A stretch of DNA of 64,000 nt from Oscillospiraceae bacterium. Lineage in GTDB: Bacteria; Bacillota; Clostridia; Oscillospirales; Acutalibacteraceae. The notes beneath the pieces were generated by a model that did not search any database, was not told the origin of the DNA, and saw only the letters and a list, made by a program, of their open reading frames with translations. Position 1 is the first letter of the stretch. Every line of letters starts with the position of its first letter. Shown here piece by piece: positions 9,098-18,226 of this stretch. Made by a program: the position numbers and the translations under genes. Location of the stretch: the NCBI GenBank assembly GCA_015066005.1, contig SVPF01000002.1:36923-100922 (forward strand), written 5' to 3'.

Positions 9098-10333
9098 ATG
9101 CCAAGTAAAGTTGACAATGAAATTCGCTGTTCCTTTTGCGGCAAAACACAGGACGAGGTAACCCGTCTTGTTGAAGGCCCCGGCGTTTACATTTGTGACA
9201 ATTGTATTGATTTTTGCGCTTCTCTTTTATTTGAGGATGAAGTGTCTGCAAATAAGAGCAAAAAACAAAAAAAGGAAAAGGAATTTGTTTTACCTAAGCC
9301 GCAGGAAATTAAGGCTAAGCTTGATGAATATGTAATCGGTCAGGACGAAGCTAAGAAAACCTTGTCGGTAGCGGTTTATAACCATTATAAGCGCATCTTC
9401 AAGAAGGATGAAAGCGGTGTTGAGCTTAACAAAAGTAATGTGTTAATGCTTGGCCCCACAGGTGTTGGTAAAACCCTTTTGGCGCAAACACTTGCTAAAT
9501 GCCTTGATGTGCCGATTGCAATAACCGATGCTACAACCTTAACCGAAGCGGGTTACGTTGGTGAAGATGTTGAAAATATTCTTCTCAGGCTTATTCAAGC
9601 GGCGGACTATGATATTGAAAAGGCCGAACGCGGTATAATTTACGTTGACGAAATTGACAAAATTGCAAGAAAAAGCGAAAATGCCTCCATTACCCGTGAC
9701 GTAAGCGGTGAGGGTGTTCAGCAAGCGCTTTTGAAAATTTTAGAGGGCACAGTTTCCAATGTTCCCCCTCAGGGTGGCAGAAAGCATCCTCAGCAGGAAT
9801 TTATTCAAATTGATACCACTAACATTTTGTTCATTTGCGCAGGCGCATTTGACGGTATTGAAAAGGTTATCGAACGCCGTATAGGCGGCAGCAGTCTTGG
9901 CTTTGGGGCCGATGTTAAGTCCCCAAAAAGTAAGGAAGCTGAGGCGCTCAGCATGGTGGCGACCCACCAAGACCTTGTAAAGTTTGGTATTATACCTGAG
10001 CTTGTCGGTCGTATGCCCGTTATTACAGCTTTAAAGGGTATGGATAAACAAACCCTTATTCGCATTATGACCGAACCGAAAAATTCCATTATTAAACAGT
10101 ATGAAGCACTTTTCAAAATGGACGGTGTTGACTTAATGTTTGATAAAGCGGCGCTTAATAAAATTGCTGAGCTTACAATCGAGCGTAAAACAGGCGCACG
10201 TGGTCTTCGTTCAATTATTGAGGGTGTTTTACAGCCCCTAATGTTCGAAACCCCGTCGGACAACACCATTAAAAAAATCGTTATCACCGAAGCTACCGTG
10301 CTAGGCGGCGAAGCGGAGATTATAAGAGCATAA
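9098..10333 (+). CDS. clpX: ATP-dependent Clp protease ATP-binding subunit ClpX
   Basis: N-terminal C4 zinc finger (CSFCGK...CDNC) and Walker A 'GPTGVGKT'. It follows clpP in the expected synteny. Confidence 0.97.
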   Translation: MPSKVDNEIRCSFCGKTQDEVTRLVEGPGVYICDNCIDFCASLLFEDEVSANKSKKQKKEKEFVLPKPQEIKAKLDEYVIGQDEAKKTLSVAVYNHYKRIFKKDESGVELNKSNVLMLGPTGVGKTLLAQTLAKCLDVPIAITDATTLTEAGYVGEDVENILLRLIQAADYDIEKAERGIIYVDEIDKIARKSENASITRDVSGEGVQQALLKILEGTVSNVPPQGGRKHPQQEFIQIDTTNILFICAGAFDGIEKVIERRIGGSSLGFGADVKSPKSKEAEALSMVATHQDLVKFGIIPELVGRMPVITALKGMDKQTLIRIMTEPKNSIIKQYEALFKMDGVDLMFDKAALNKIAELTIERKTGARGLRSIIEGVLQPLMFETPSDNTIKKIVITEATVLGGEAEIIRA

Positions 10334-10362
10334 AAAAATCCACCCGTTTGGGTGGATTTTTT
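10333..10362. terminator. Bidirectional terminator between clpX and tcdA
   Basis: AAAAAATCCACCC-gttt-GGGTGGATTTTTT. Confidence 0.7.
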
Positions 10363-11047
10363 ATTTTATTATATCTTTAATTACTTCGCCTGCAATTATA
10401 AGTCCGGCGGCGGAGGGAACAAAGCTAATGCTCATAGGGGTGCGTGGGTCAAGGCTGTTTTTAATGGGCTCTTCCTTAGAATATAAAACCTTAAGCTTAT
10501 TTACACCACGCTTTTTAAGCTCGTACCGCATTACCTTGGCCAAGGGGCAAACGCTGGTTTTATAAATGTCGGTCACCTCAAATTTTGTTGGGTCTAATTT
10601 ATTACCTGTACCCATTGAAGCTATAAGCGGTGTACCGCTTGACTGACATTTTACCGCAAGCTCAATTTTTGCGGTAACATTATCTATTGCATCAATCACA
10701 TAATCATATTTTGAAAAGTCAAATTGGTGCGAATTTTCGGGCAAAAACAAAATGGGAAAGGTGTTAACAACGGCATTAGGGTTAATGTCCAAAATCCTTT
10801 GGCGCATTACCTCAACCTTGGGCTTTCCAACGGTGGAATGCAGCGCAATAATTTGTCGGTTAAGATTGGTAATATCAACACAGTCGCTGTCAATTAGGTC
10901 GATTTTTGTAACACCCGCCCTTATAAGTGCTTCGACAACATAGCCGCCTACACCGCCAATACCAAAAACGGCAATATGACAGTCTGCAAGCTTTTTAAGC
11001 GCATTGGTGCCTATTAAATTTTCTGTTCGTGAAAATTGTAAATTCAT
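10361..11047 (-). CDS. tcdA: tRNA threonylcarbamoyladenosine dehydratase (ThiF/E1-like)
   Basis: 'FSRTE.LIG..ALKKL....IAVFGIGGVGGY..E.L.R.GV' Rossmann N-terminus, 228 aa. Confidence 0.85.
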   Translation of the reverse strand: MNLQFSRTENLIGTNALKKLADCHIAVFGIGGVGGYVVEALIRAGVTKIDLIDSDCVDITNLNRQIIALHSTVGKPKVEVMRQRILDINPNAVVNTFPILFLPENSHQFDFSKYDYVIDAIDNVTAKIELAVKCQSSGTPLIASMGTGNKLDPTKFEVTDIYKTSVCPLAKVMRYELKKRGVNKLKVLYSKEEPIKNSLDPRTPMSISFVPSAAGLIIAGEVIKDIIK

Positions 11048-11242
11048 AGCTGTTTTCCTTTGATTTTATAGTTTTATTGTAATTGCAACCGAAAAATTTG
11101 TCAAGTCAATATGTCAAAAAATGTAAAAGACAGTTTTGATTTTGTCTCATTTTGTTGTAATAACACTTTTTTTGTTAAAACACTTGATTTAATTGACATA
11201 ATATGGTAATATATGTAAAAATGATTACTCGGAGGGAAAATT

Positions 11243-12019
11243 ATGGAAAAAAGGCTAAAAATTGTAATTGCAGATGACGTAAGCGATTTTTCAAAAAATG
11301 CGGTAAAGGTGCTTGGAAGTTACGGAATGGAGGTTGTTTTAACGCAAAAGGATGGGCTGAAGGTAATATCTACAGTAAAGGCCGAAAAGCCCGATGTTTT
11401 GCTGGCGGAAATTTTTATGCCTAACCTTGACATTTTGGGCGTACTTGACGAGCTTGGGAAAATGGATAAAAAGGATATGCCGCTTGTTATGGTGACATCA
11501 GGCTATGCTAACCCAAGGCTTGAAAAGGAAATTTTAAATGCCGGCGCCTGTTATTATTTTTTAAAACCGTTTGATGTTAATACAATGGCCGAAAGAATTA
11601 TAAAGCTTTCGGGCTGGAAGAATGAAAAAGCACCGCTTGTACTTAATAATTCTACTGTTGGCGATAACGAGCTTGAAATTATGGTTACCGAAATTATGCA
11701 CGAAATTGGTGTACCTGCACATATTAAGGGCTATCATTATTTAAGGGAATCAATTATATTATCGGTCAAAAACAGCGAAATTATAAATTCGGTTACAAAG
11801 CTATTATACCCCACAATTGCCAAAACCTATTCTACCACCGCCAGCCGTGTCGAGCGCGCAATTCGCCACGCAATTGAGGTTGCGTGGGACAGGGGTGATA
11901 TTGATGTTTTGAATTCTTATTTTGGTTATACAATTCAAAACCAACGGGGCAAGCCCACCAATTCGGAATTTATTGCGATGATAAGCGACAAGCTACGGCT
12001 TAAGCTTAAAATCGGTTAA
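11243..12019 (+). CDS. spo0A: Sporulation master regulator Spo0A (atypical: Glu at the phospho-acceptor position)
   Basis: The receiver domain is joined to the diagnostic Spo0A C-terminal domain ('[17 protein letters not shown]', '[18 protein letters not shown]', '[10 protein letters not shown]'). See the findings for E56. Confidence 0.95.
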   Translation: MEKRLKIVIADDVSDFSKNAVKVLGSYGMEVVLTQKDGLKVISTVKAEKPDVLLAEIFMPNLDILGVLDELGKMDKKDMPLVMVTSGYANPRLEKEILNAGACYYFLKPFDVNTMAERIIKLSGWKNEKAPLVLNNSTVGDNELEIMVTEIMHEIGVPAHIKGYHYLRESIILSVKNSEIINSVTKLLYPTIAKTYSTTASRVERAIRHAIEVAWDRGDIDVLNSYFGYTIQNQRGKPTNSEFIAMISDKLRLKLKIG

Positions 12020-12127
12020 AGCGCTTTGAATAAAAAATATTATATACCTGCCTTTTTTCTATCATTTTTTTAAAGCAAAGGCAATATAATTATACTAACT
12101 GATACAAAAAAGAAAGGTGACAGTTAA

Positions 12128-13054
12128 ATGAACGGATTTTACCCCGAAGGCAAGCTTTATAACACACAGGAAAATAAACGATATATGTTATCACCTGCGG
12201 CACTTTTAGATGCGCAGATAAGGGGCGTTGTGCTTGAAGCGGCGGTGCTTATGTGTGACACCGACCATAATTTAATAGTTAATCTTGGTTGTATGCGAGG
12301 CATTATTCCACGTAATGAAGGTGCAATAGGTATTGAAAGCGGCGCCACCCGTGATATTGCGCTTATTTCCCGCGTGGGAAAGCCGGTTTGCTTTGTTATA
12401 ACCGAAATTAAAAGTGACAAAAACGGCGATTTATATGCTGTGCTGTCGCGTAAAAAGGCGCAGTTGCTTTGCAAAAGCTATATTGAAAGTGAATATAAGA
12501 CGGGGCAGGTTATAAACACGGTTGTAACCCATCTTGAATCCTTCGGCGCTTTTTGTGATATCGGCTGCGGCAATATTGCCCTTTTGCCTATAGATGCCAT
12601 TTCGGTTTCGCGTATTTCGCACCCAAAGGACCGATTTAAAGTGGGTGACAATATAAAGGCGGTAATTAAAAGCATTGCCGAAGATGGAAAAATCACTCTT
12701 TCTCATAAGGAGCTCTTGGGTACTTGGGAGGAAAACGCCCGCGAATTTTCGGCAGGGCAAACGGTTACGGGTGTTATAAGAAGTGTTGAGGATTACGGTA
12801 TTTTTGTTGAAATTACACCCAACCTTGCAGGTCTTGCCGAGCCAAAGGAAAATGTTCGTGTCGGTCAGCAGGCAAGCGTGTTTATAAAAAGCATTTTAAA
12901 GGATAAAATGAAAATTAAGCTTATAATTATTGACAGCTTTGAATCAAGCTATATTCCCGAAATTAAGTATTACAGCACCGATGAGGTAATAAACGAATGG
13001 GAATATTCGCCCAAGGATTGCCGAAAACAAATAACCACCCGATTTTGCGGATAA
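12128..13054 (+). CDS. S1 RNA-binding domain protein (two S1/OB repeats)
   Basis: Two S1-like segments are present: 'GQVINTVVTHLESFGAFCDIG..' and 'GQTVTGVIRSVEDYGIFVEI...'. Confidence 0.75.
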   Translation: MNGFYPEGKLYNTQENKRYMLSPAALLDAQIRGVVLEAAVLMCDTDHNLIVNLGCMRGIIPRNEGAIGIESGATRDIALISRVGKPVCFVITEIKSDKNGDLYAVLSRKKAQLLCKSYIESEYKTGQVINTVVTHLESFGAFCDIGCGNIALLPIDAISVSRISHPKDRFKVGDNIKAVIKSIAEDGKITLSHKELLGTWEENAREFSAGQTVTGVIRSVEDYGIFVEITPNLAGLAEPKENVRVGQQASVFIKSILKDKMKIKLIIIDSFESSYIPEIKYYSTDEVINEWEYSPKDCRKQITTRFCG

Positions 13055-13059
13055 AAAAC

Positions 13060-13090
13060 GGGAGTGTGCTTCTTTACGAAGCATACTCCC
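13060..13090 (+). terminator. Strong stem-loop downstream of the S1 gene (no clear U-run)
   Basis: GGGAGTGTGCTTC-tttac-GAAGCATACTCCC forms a 13-bp stem with one G-U pair. Confidence 0.45.
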
Positions 13091-13095
13091 GCTTA

Positions 13096-13420
13096 GTTAT
13101 ATAACGAAAATCACACGCTAAGCGTGTGGTTCTAAAGAGGCTTCTGCCGATGGGCAATCCCGCCGCAGCGGTGGGCTCCACTTGTCAGGGGAGCTGTCAA
13201 CGAAGTTGACTGAGGGGTAGTTTGAGAGCTTCCTTTTCTCTCCCTCCGTCTTTTTGCCTTATGGCAAAAATCCACCTCCCTCATCAGATGGAGGCTGACT
13301 GCCGTATATACGGCAGTAGGGCATCTTTGCAAAAGGTAGATTATTCGATGGACTTTCAGTCCCGCCAGTAACAGCGGCTTATAGCCGTAGAGCAAACTAC
13401 CGGCTAAGCCGGTAGTCATG
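13096..13420. repeat. Dense field of at least 8 short independent palindromic hairpins (REP/BIME-like) between two convergent genes
   Basis: Hairpins are at 13112-13128, 13159-13175, 13196-13210, 13251-13270, 13298-13317 (a perfect 20-nt palindrome), 13350-13362, 13375-13387 and 13396-13416. The region shares sub-motifs (GTAGGG, GATGAGGGAGG) with the three-copy repeat family. Confidence 0.6.
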
Positions 13421-13426
13421 ATTATA

Positions 13427-14032
13427 TTAAATTATCCCCACAACCTCAACAACACCTGTTTTGTGGTAAAGGGAAGGGGTTACAAGAATACTGTAGCCCT
13501 GACCGCAGTCGGCGTTCCATTCAACAGGCTTTGCCTGTGGTACACCGCAAGCGGCAAGCAGCATCATTATTGCGCCGCCGTGCATAATGACCGCGCTTGT
13601 TTCCAAATTATCCTCAAGCATATCTAAAACAATTTGCTGAAGACCAACACAAAGGCGTTTTACAAATTCTTTATTGTCTTCACCGTTCGGTGTGGCTGAA
13701 AGCTTGCCCGAAGCCCAAGGTATAAAATCGGGGTGAAGCTCTAATTCCTGTGCGGTTTTGCCCTCGAAATCACCGAAATCATATTCCTTTAAGTTTTCCA
13801 CAGGGTAAATTGGCATATTAGGGTATAAAACCGAAGCCGACTGCCTTGCGCGAAGCATAGGGCTTGAATAAAGTCGCTGAATTTCAGGGTAATCGATATC
13901 GCGGCGCATTTCCATCAGCTCGTTTAGTCCTTCAGGGGAAAGTGGCATATCGGTTTTACAGCCAATGTAAAGCCCAAGCTTATTAGCGTCGGTTGCGCCG
14001 TGGCGTATAAGGTGAATTTTAAGGGTTCTCAT
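13427..14032 (-). CDS. Histidine phosphatase (phosphoglycerate mutase-like) family protein
   Basis: 'IHLIRHGATDAN' RHG motif, 201 aa. Confidence 0.85.
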   Translation of the reverse strand: MRTLKIHLIRHGATDANKLGLYIGCKTDMPLSPEGLNELMEMRRDIDYPEIQRLYSSPMLRARQSASVLYPNMPIYPVENLKEYDFGDFEGKTAQELELHPDFIPWASGKLSATPNGEDNKEFVKRLCVGLQQIVLDMLEDNLETSAVIMHGGAIMMLLAACGVPQAKPVEWNADCGQGYSILVTPSLYHKTGVVEVVGII

Positions 14033-14035
14033 TAT

Positions 14036-15118
14036 CTAAAATTCCTCCAAAATTTCGGTAATTATAGCGTTTGAAAGCAGCATACCGTTGTTTGTAAGTG
14101 AAAAGCGGCCGTTTTCTAAAATTCCTAAGCCGTTTTTGGCAAAAAGCCCGCATTTTTTTACTGCGGCGGTGGGTAATTTTTCAGTTTTAATACCATCCTT
14201 AAGGCGAAGGGCAAGCATTATTTGCTCACTTAAATCTCCACCCTCACCGTCGGGTGTGGGGGTAATGCCCTTAATAAACGCTTTAAGGTCACGTGGGTAG
14301 TAAAAACGCTTACCCAAAAGGTAAGAATGTGCCGACGGGCCAAGCCCTAAATATTCTTCACATTTCCAATATTTTATATTGTGCTTACTTTCAAAATTTT
14401 CTTTACAAAAATTTGAAATTTCATAATGGCAAAAGCCTTTGTTTTCAAGGTATTCGCACATAAACAAATATTGGTCGCTGACAGCATCGTCATCGGGTAA
14501 ATTTAGGGTGTTGCAAATTTTGAAAAACTTAGTGTTTCGCTCAATTTTTAAAATATAAGCCGAAATATGCTCAGGGGCAAGGCTTGTTATAAAATCAAGG
14601 CTGTTTTTTAGGGTGTCACAGCTACTGTCGGGAAGCCCCAGCATTAAATCAAGCGAGATGTTGCCAAACCCTAGTTCTCTTGCAATTTTTACGGCTTTTT
14701 CGGTGTCGGCTACAGTATGTCGTCTTCCAAGAACCGACAGTTCAGTATCGTTACCGCTTTGAGCACCTATAGAAATTCGGTTTACACCTGCCTTTTTGGC
14801 ATTGCTCAGAATTTCAAAAATATTATCGGCAGGGTTTACTTCAAGGGTAATTTCGGCATTATCTAAAACGTTAAAGCTTTCATAAACTGCGTTTAGCAAA
14901 GGTACTAAACGGTAATTTAAAAGTGACGGTGTACCGCCACCAAGGTAAATAGTATCAATGGGACGGTTTATTTTGCCGCCCCATTGTTTTATTTCTCTTA
15001 TAAGTGCAGTTGTGTAACTGTCAATAAGCTCCTCATTAGTAAAAGCAGAATAAAAATCGCAATAAGCGCACTTGCCGTTACAAAAGGGAATATGTAGGTA
15101 TAAACCTAAATTAGTCAA
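14036..15118 (-). CDS. hemW: Radical SAM heme chaperone HemW (HemN-like)
   Basis: 'LYLHIPFCNGKCAYCDF' CxxxCxxC motif. I prefer the TTG at 15118 (MTNLGLYLHIPFC), which gives an 8-nt overlap with the pduL stop. The track's start at 15193 lies deep inside pduL. Confidence 0.85.
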   Translation of the reverse strand: MTNLGLYLHIPFCNGKCAYCDFYSAFTNEELIDSYTTALIREIKQWGGKINRPIDTIYLGGGTPSLLNYRLVPLLNAVYESFNVLDNAEITLEVNPADNIFEILSNAKKAGVNRISIGAQSGNDTELSVLGRRHTVADTEKAVKIARELGFGNISLDLMLGLPDSSCDTLKNSLDFITSLAPEHISAYILKIERNTKFFKICNTLNLPDDDAVSDQYLFMCEYLENKGFCHYEISNFCKENFESKHNIKYWKCEEYLGLGPSAHSYLLGKRFYYPRDLKAFIKGITPTPDGEGGDLSEQIMLALRLKDGIKTEKLPTAAVKKCGLFAKNGLGILENGRFSLTNNGMLLSNAIITEILEEF

Positions 15119-15683
15119 GAATTTCACCCATTTGACCGCAACCAACCAAAGCAGCGTTTGCTTCGTCGGTGTCAATGTGCATTGCAAGAGCATAAGAAGG
15201 ACTTACACGTGCAACAACATCACCGAAAACAAGTGAACGGCCGTTGGTGTCAACCTTAACTGAAACAATTTGCTTATCGCTAATGCCGTATTTTTCAGCA
15301 TCGGCGGGGGTCATATGTATATGGCGCTTTGCAGCAATAACGCCCTGTGTAAGTTCTACTTCGCCCTTAGGACCAACAATTTTACAAGCACCGCTGCCTG
15401 CAACGTCGCCTGATTCACGAATGGGAGCAGTAACGCCGATAGCGCGTGCATCGGTTAAAGAAAGCTCAACCTGAGTGTCAGGACGAACGGGACCGAGGAT
15501 AGATGCCTTTAATGAAGATTTAGCACCAACAATGGTAACCTTTTCTTCACAAGCAAACTGACCTGGCTGTGAAAGGTCTTTTTTAGGGGTGAGCTGATAG
15601 CCTTCACCAAAAAGGATTTCCAAATCCTTTTGAGAAACGTGAACGTGACGGGCCGAAATTTCAACTAATACTTCTTTTGCCAT
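15111..15683 (-). CDS. pduL: Phosphate propanoyltransferase / PduL-type phosphotransacylase
   Basis: Duplicated PduL signature: 'EISARHVHVS' and 'AKRHIHMTPADA', 190 aa. Confidence 0.88.
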   Translation of the reverse strand: MAKEVLVEISARHVHVSQKDLEILFGEGYQLTPKKDLSQPGQFACEEKVTIVGAKSSLKASILGPVRPDTQVELSLTDARAIGVTAPIRESGDVAGSGACKIVGPKGEVELTQGVIAAKRHIHMTPADAEKYGISDKQIVSVKVDTNGRSLVFGDVVARVSPSYALAMHIDTDEANAALVGCGQMGEILD

Positions 15684-15770
15684 TTTTAAAACTCCTTAAA
15701 GATATTTCTTTGTCTTTATTTTAACATATTTTTAATATAATTCAAGGGGGTTAATGGAAATTTTTAAATT

Positions 15771-16067
15771 GGGGTTTATCGCTTACGCGAGGTAATAAGT
15801 AAGAGGTAATAGTGAATGGGTTCGGTGTCGCTTCGCGACGGATGTAAATCGTATGTATTTAGATTGATATAACTCGTAGGGGCGATTGTTGATCGCCCGA
15901 AAGCCTTCTCCAGCGGAGAAGGTGGCGCCGATAGGTGACGGATGAGGAGAGCATTAAAGCACTTTCTTAACAATATCCTCCTCATCCACCAAACTTTCGT
16001 TTGGTCCCCCTTCTCCGCTGGAGAAGGCTAAAATTATACAATCAAACGCACCGACAAACTATAATTT
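15771..16067 (+). repeat. Intergenic modular repeat, copy A (carries a nested palindromic cassette)
   Basis: The 5' end GGGGTTTATCGCTTACGCGAGG..., the C-free tract, the GTCGC-TTC-GCGAC hairpin, the GTAGGGGCGAT hairpin and the 3' end ...GACAAACTATAATTT are shared with copies B and C. Confidence 0.75.
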
Positions 16068-16124
16068 AAAGGCAAAAACAATTTTTCCTGTTTGTGAATT
16101 TTTTAAGAATGTGTGTAATTGTAA

Positions 16125-16153
16125 TTGACATTATTTCGCTTATAATGTAAAAT
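16125..16153 (+). promoter_or_regulatory. Sigma-A-type promoter upstream of pyrH
   Basis: TTGACA (16125-16130), 17-nt spacer, TAAAAT (16148-16153). Confidence 0.5.
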
Positions 16154-16188
16154 ATTATTAATAATATAGTAAAGATAGGGTGTTTAAA

Positions 16189-16893
16189 ATGAAACCTGTT
16201 TACAAGCGTGTGCTTTTAAAGCTCAGCGGTGAGGTTCTTGCCGGTGAAAAAGGTGTAGGAATTGATTTTGACAAGGTTCTTGAGGTTTGCGAAAAGGTAA
16301 AAACCTGTGTTGATATGGGCGTTCAGGTTGCCATTGTTGTTGGCGGCGGTAACTTCTGGCGTGGCCGCTCAAGCGGTAAAATGGACCGTACCCGCGCTGA
16401 CCATATGGGTATGCTTGCAACCTCAATTAACGCATTGGCCTTGGCCGATGCACTTGAACAGCTTGGCGTTAATGCCCGTGTTCAAACCGCTATTGAAATG
16501 CGTCAGGTGGCCGAGCCTTATATCAGAAACAAGGCAGTTCGCCATTTGGAAAAGGGCAGGGTAGTCATTTTCGGCTGCGGTACAGGTAACCCCTTCTTCT
16601 CAACCGATACGGGTGCAGCGCTCAGGGCCGCTGAAATTTGTGCTGACGTAATCTTTAAAGCAACCAACGTTGACGGTGTTTACGACAGTGACCCCAAGAA
16701 GAACCCCAACGCTAAAAAGTACGACACACTTACCCATATGGAAGTGCTTCAGAAGGAGCTTCACGTTATGGATGCAACCGCTGCTTCACTTTGTATGGAT
16801 AACAACATTCAAATTTTAGTTTTCAATTTAGACAACCCCGAAAATATTGTTTCTGCCATGGTGGGTGAAGCAATCGGCACAATTGTAAAATAA
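16189..16893 (+). CDS. pyrH: UMP kinase
   Basis: '[11 protein letters not shown]' and '[10 protein letters not shown]' motifs. It sits in the pyrH-frr-uppS-cdsA synteny. Confidence 0.95.
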   Translation: MKPVYKRVLLKLSGEVLAGEKGVGIDFDKVLEVCEKVKTCVDMGVQVAIVVGGGNFWRGRSSGKMDRTRADHMGMLATSINALALADALEQLGVNARVQTAIEMRQVAEPYIRNKAVRHLEKGRVVIFGCGTGNPFFSTDTGAALRAAEICADVIFKATNVDGVYDSDPKKNPNAKKYDTLTHMEVLQKELHVMDATAASLCMDNNIQILVFNLDNPENIVSAMVGEAIGTIVK

Positions 16894-16911
16894 CCTTTAA
16901 GGAGAGTATTT

Positions 16912-17466
16912 ATGAACGAGCTTATTAAGAATACCGAAGAAAAAATGATTAAAACCCTTGGCGTTTTGGAAAGGGAATATAAATCCATCCGTGCAGGCCG
17001 CGCAAATGTTGCCGTGCTTGACAGAATTACTGTTGACTATTACGGCTGCCCCACACCCATTCAGCAAATGGCTGCGGTTTCGGTTCCCGAACCCCGCATT
17101 TTAATGATTCAGCCTTGGGATGCCACCACCTTAAAGTCAATTGAAAAGGCTATTTTAACTTCAGATATTGGCATTAACCCCCAAAATGACGGTCGTGTTA
17201 TTCGTCTTGCTTTTCCTCCTCTTACCGAAGAACGCAGAAGAGATATTTGCAAGGACGTAAAAAAAATAGCTGAAGAAACAAAGGTTGCTGTTCGCAACAC
17301 CCGACGCGATGCTTTGGAAAAATTAAAGGGTCTTAAAAAAGCTAACAGCATAACTGAAGATGATGAAGCTAACGGTGAAAAGAAGATTCAAAACCTTACC
17401 GACAAGTACTGCAAGGAAATTGACGTAATGGCAGCAGATAAGGAAAAGGAAATTTTAGAAATCTAA
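16912..17466 (+). CDS. frr: Ribosome recycling factor
   Basis: 184 aa, with 'SIRAGRAN..LLD.I.VDYYG' and 'LTEERRRD'. Confidence 0.96.
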   Translation: MNELIKNTEEKMIKTLGVLEREYKSIRAGRANVAVLDRITVDYYGCPTPIQQMAAVSVPEPRILMIQPWDATTLKSIEKAILTSDIGINPQNDGRVIRLAFPPLTEERRRDICKDVKKIAEETKVAVRNTRRDALEKLKGLKKANSITEDDEANGEKKIQNLTDKYCKEIDVMAADKEKEILEI

Positions 17467-17511
17467 TTTAAAACAGCGGTCTCTTTTGGGGCCGCTGTTT
17501 GACACAGGGAA

Positions 17512-18225
17512 GTGATTAGCTTGTCAACTGTAAAGGAAAAACGAATTTTGCCACAGCATATTGCTATTATTATGGACGGTAACGGTCGTTGGGCAAAGAA
17601 AAGGGGCTTGCCCCGAAGCGCAGGCCATGTGGCAGGGGCTAAAACCTTTAAAAGCATTGCGCGTTATTGTAATAAAATCGGGTTAAAATATTTAACGGTT
17701 TATGCTTTTTCTACTGAAAACTGGAAGCGCCCCGCTGACGAGGTTAACGGTATTATGAATCTGCTTCGTGATTATTTAAGGGATGCCGAAAACTTTAAGG
17801 ATGAAAACATTCGTGTGCGCTTTATTGGTGACCGTGCACCCTTGGCGGATGATATTAAGGCGCTTATGGCAAAAAACGAAGAGGATTCGAAAAATGCCAC
17901 AGGTCTTACCCTTTACATTGCCATTAACTATGGCGGGCGGGATGAAATTGTAAAAGCTGTGCAAAAAATTGTTGCAAGCGGTGTTAGTGCAAGTGATGTT
18001 AACGAGCAGTTGATTTCAAATAGCCTTTATACACACGACTGCCCCGACCCTGATTTTATAATTCGCCCAAGCGGCGAATACCGACTTTCAAATTATCTTA
18101 TTTGGCAATCGGCCTATTCGGAATTTTGGTATTCCGATGTATTGTGGCCCGATTTTACCGATAAGGATTTAGAAAAAGCAATCGACGACTTTAGTAATCG
18201 CAACCGTCGTTTCGGAGGAATTTAA
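17512..18225 (+). CDS. uppS: Isoprenyl transferase (undecaprenyl diphosphate synthase)
   Basis: 'HIAIIMDGNGRWA', 'FSTENWKRP' and 'RFGG' C-terminus. Confidence 0.94.
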   Translation: MISLSTVKEKRILPQHIAIIMDGNGRWAKKRGLPRSAGHVAGAKTFKSIARYCNKIGLKYLTVYAFSTENWKRPADEVNGIMNLLRDYLRDAENFKDENIRVRFIGDRAPLADDIKALMAKNEEDSKNATGLTLYIAINYGGRDEIVKAVQKIVASGVSASDVNEQLISNSLYTHDCPDPDFIIRPSGEYRLSNYLIWQSAYSEFWYSDVLWPDFTDKDLEKAIDDFSNRNRRFGGI

Positions 18226-18226
18226 A

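Noticed and set aside
11099-11118. Spo0A '0A-box'-like heptamers (TGTCAAG, TGTCAAA) upstream of spo0A, suggesting autoregulation.
   Set aside because: They are only 5-6 of 7 matches to TGTCGAA in AT-rich DNA. That is not distinguishable from chance without a matrix scan or conservation data.
13132-13419. A 95-aa minus-strand ORF, plus the possibility that 13.1-13.4 kb is RNase P RNA, tmRNA or SRP RNA.
   Set aside because: The ORF translates a chain of palindromes into low-complexity text and has no RBS. A GAAAGTCC-like string and an ACAGCGGCTTAT-like string, reminiscent of RNase P conserved regions CR-I and CR-V, lie on opposite strands. No tmRNA 3' end (…TCCACCA) or tag reading frame is present. 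No SRP domain IV motif is visible.
15776-15985. Track ORFs 15776..15985 (-) and 27555..27740 (-), which run through repeat copies A and B.
   Set aside because: They read the same conserved DNA in different frames ('HYYLLLITSRKR*' versus 'TITSYLLPRVSNNP'). They lack RBSs and terminate differently. They are spurious translations of the repeat.
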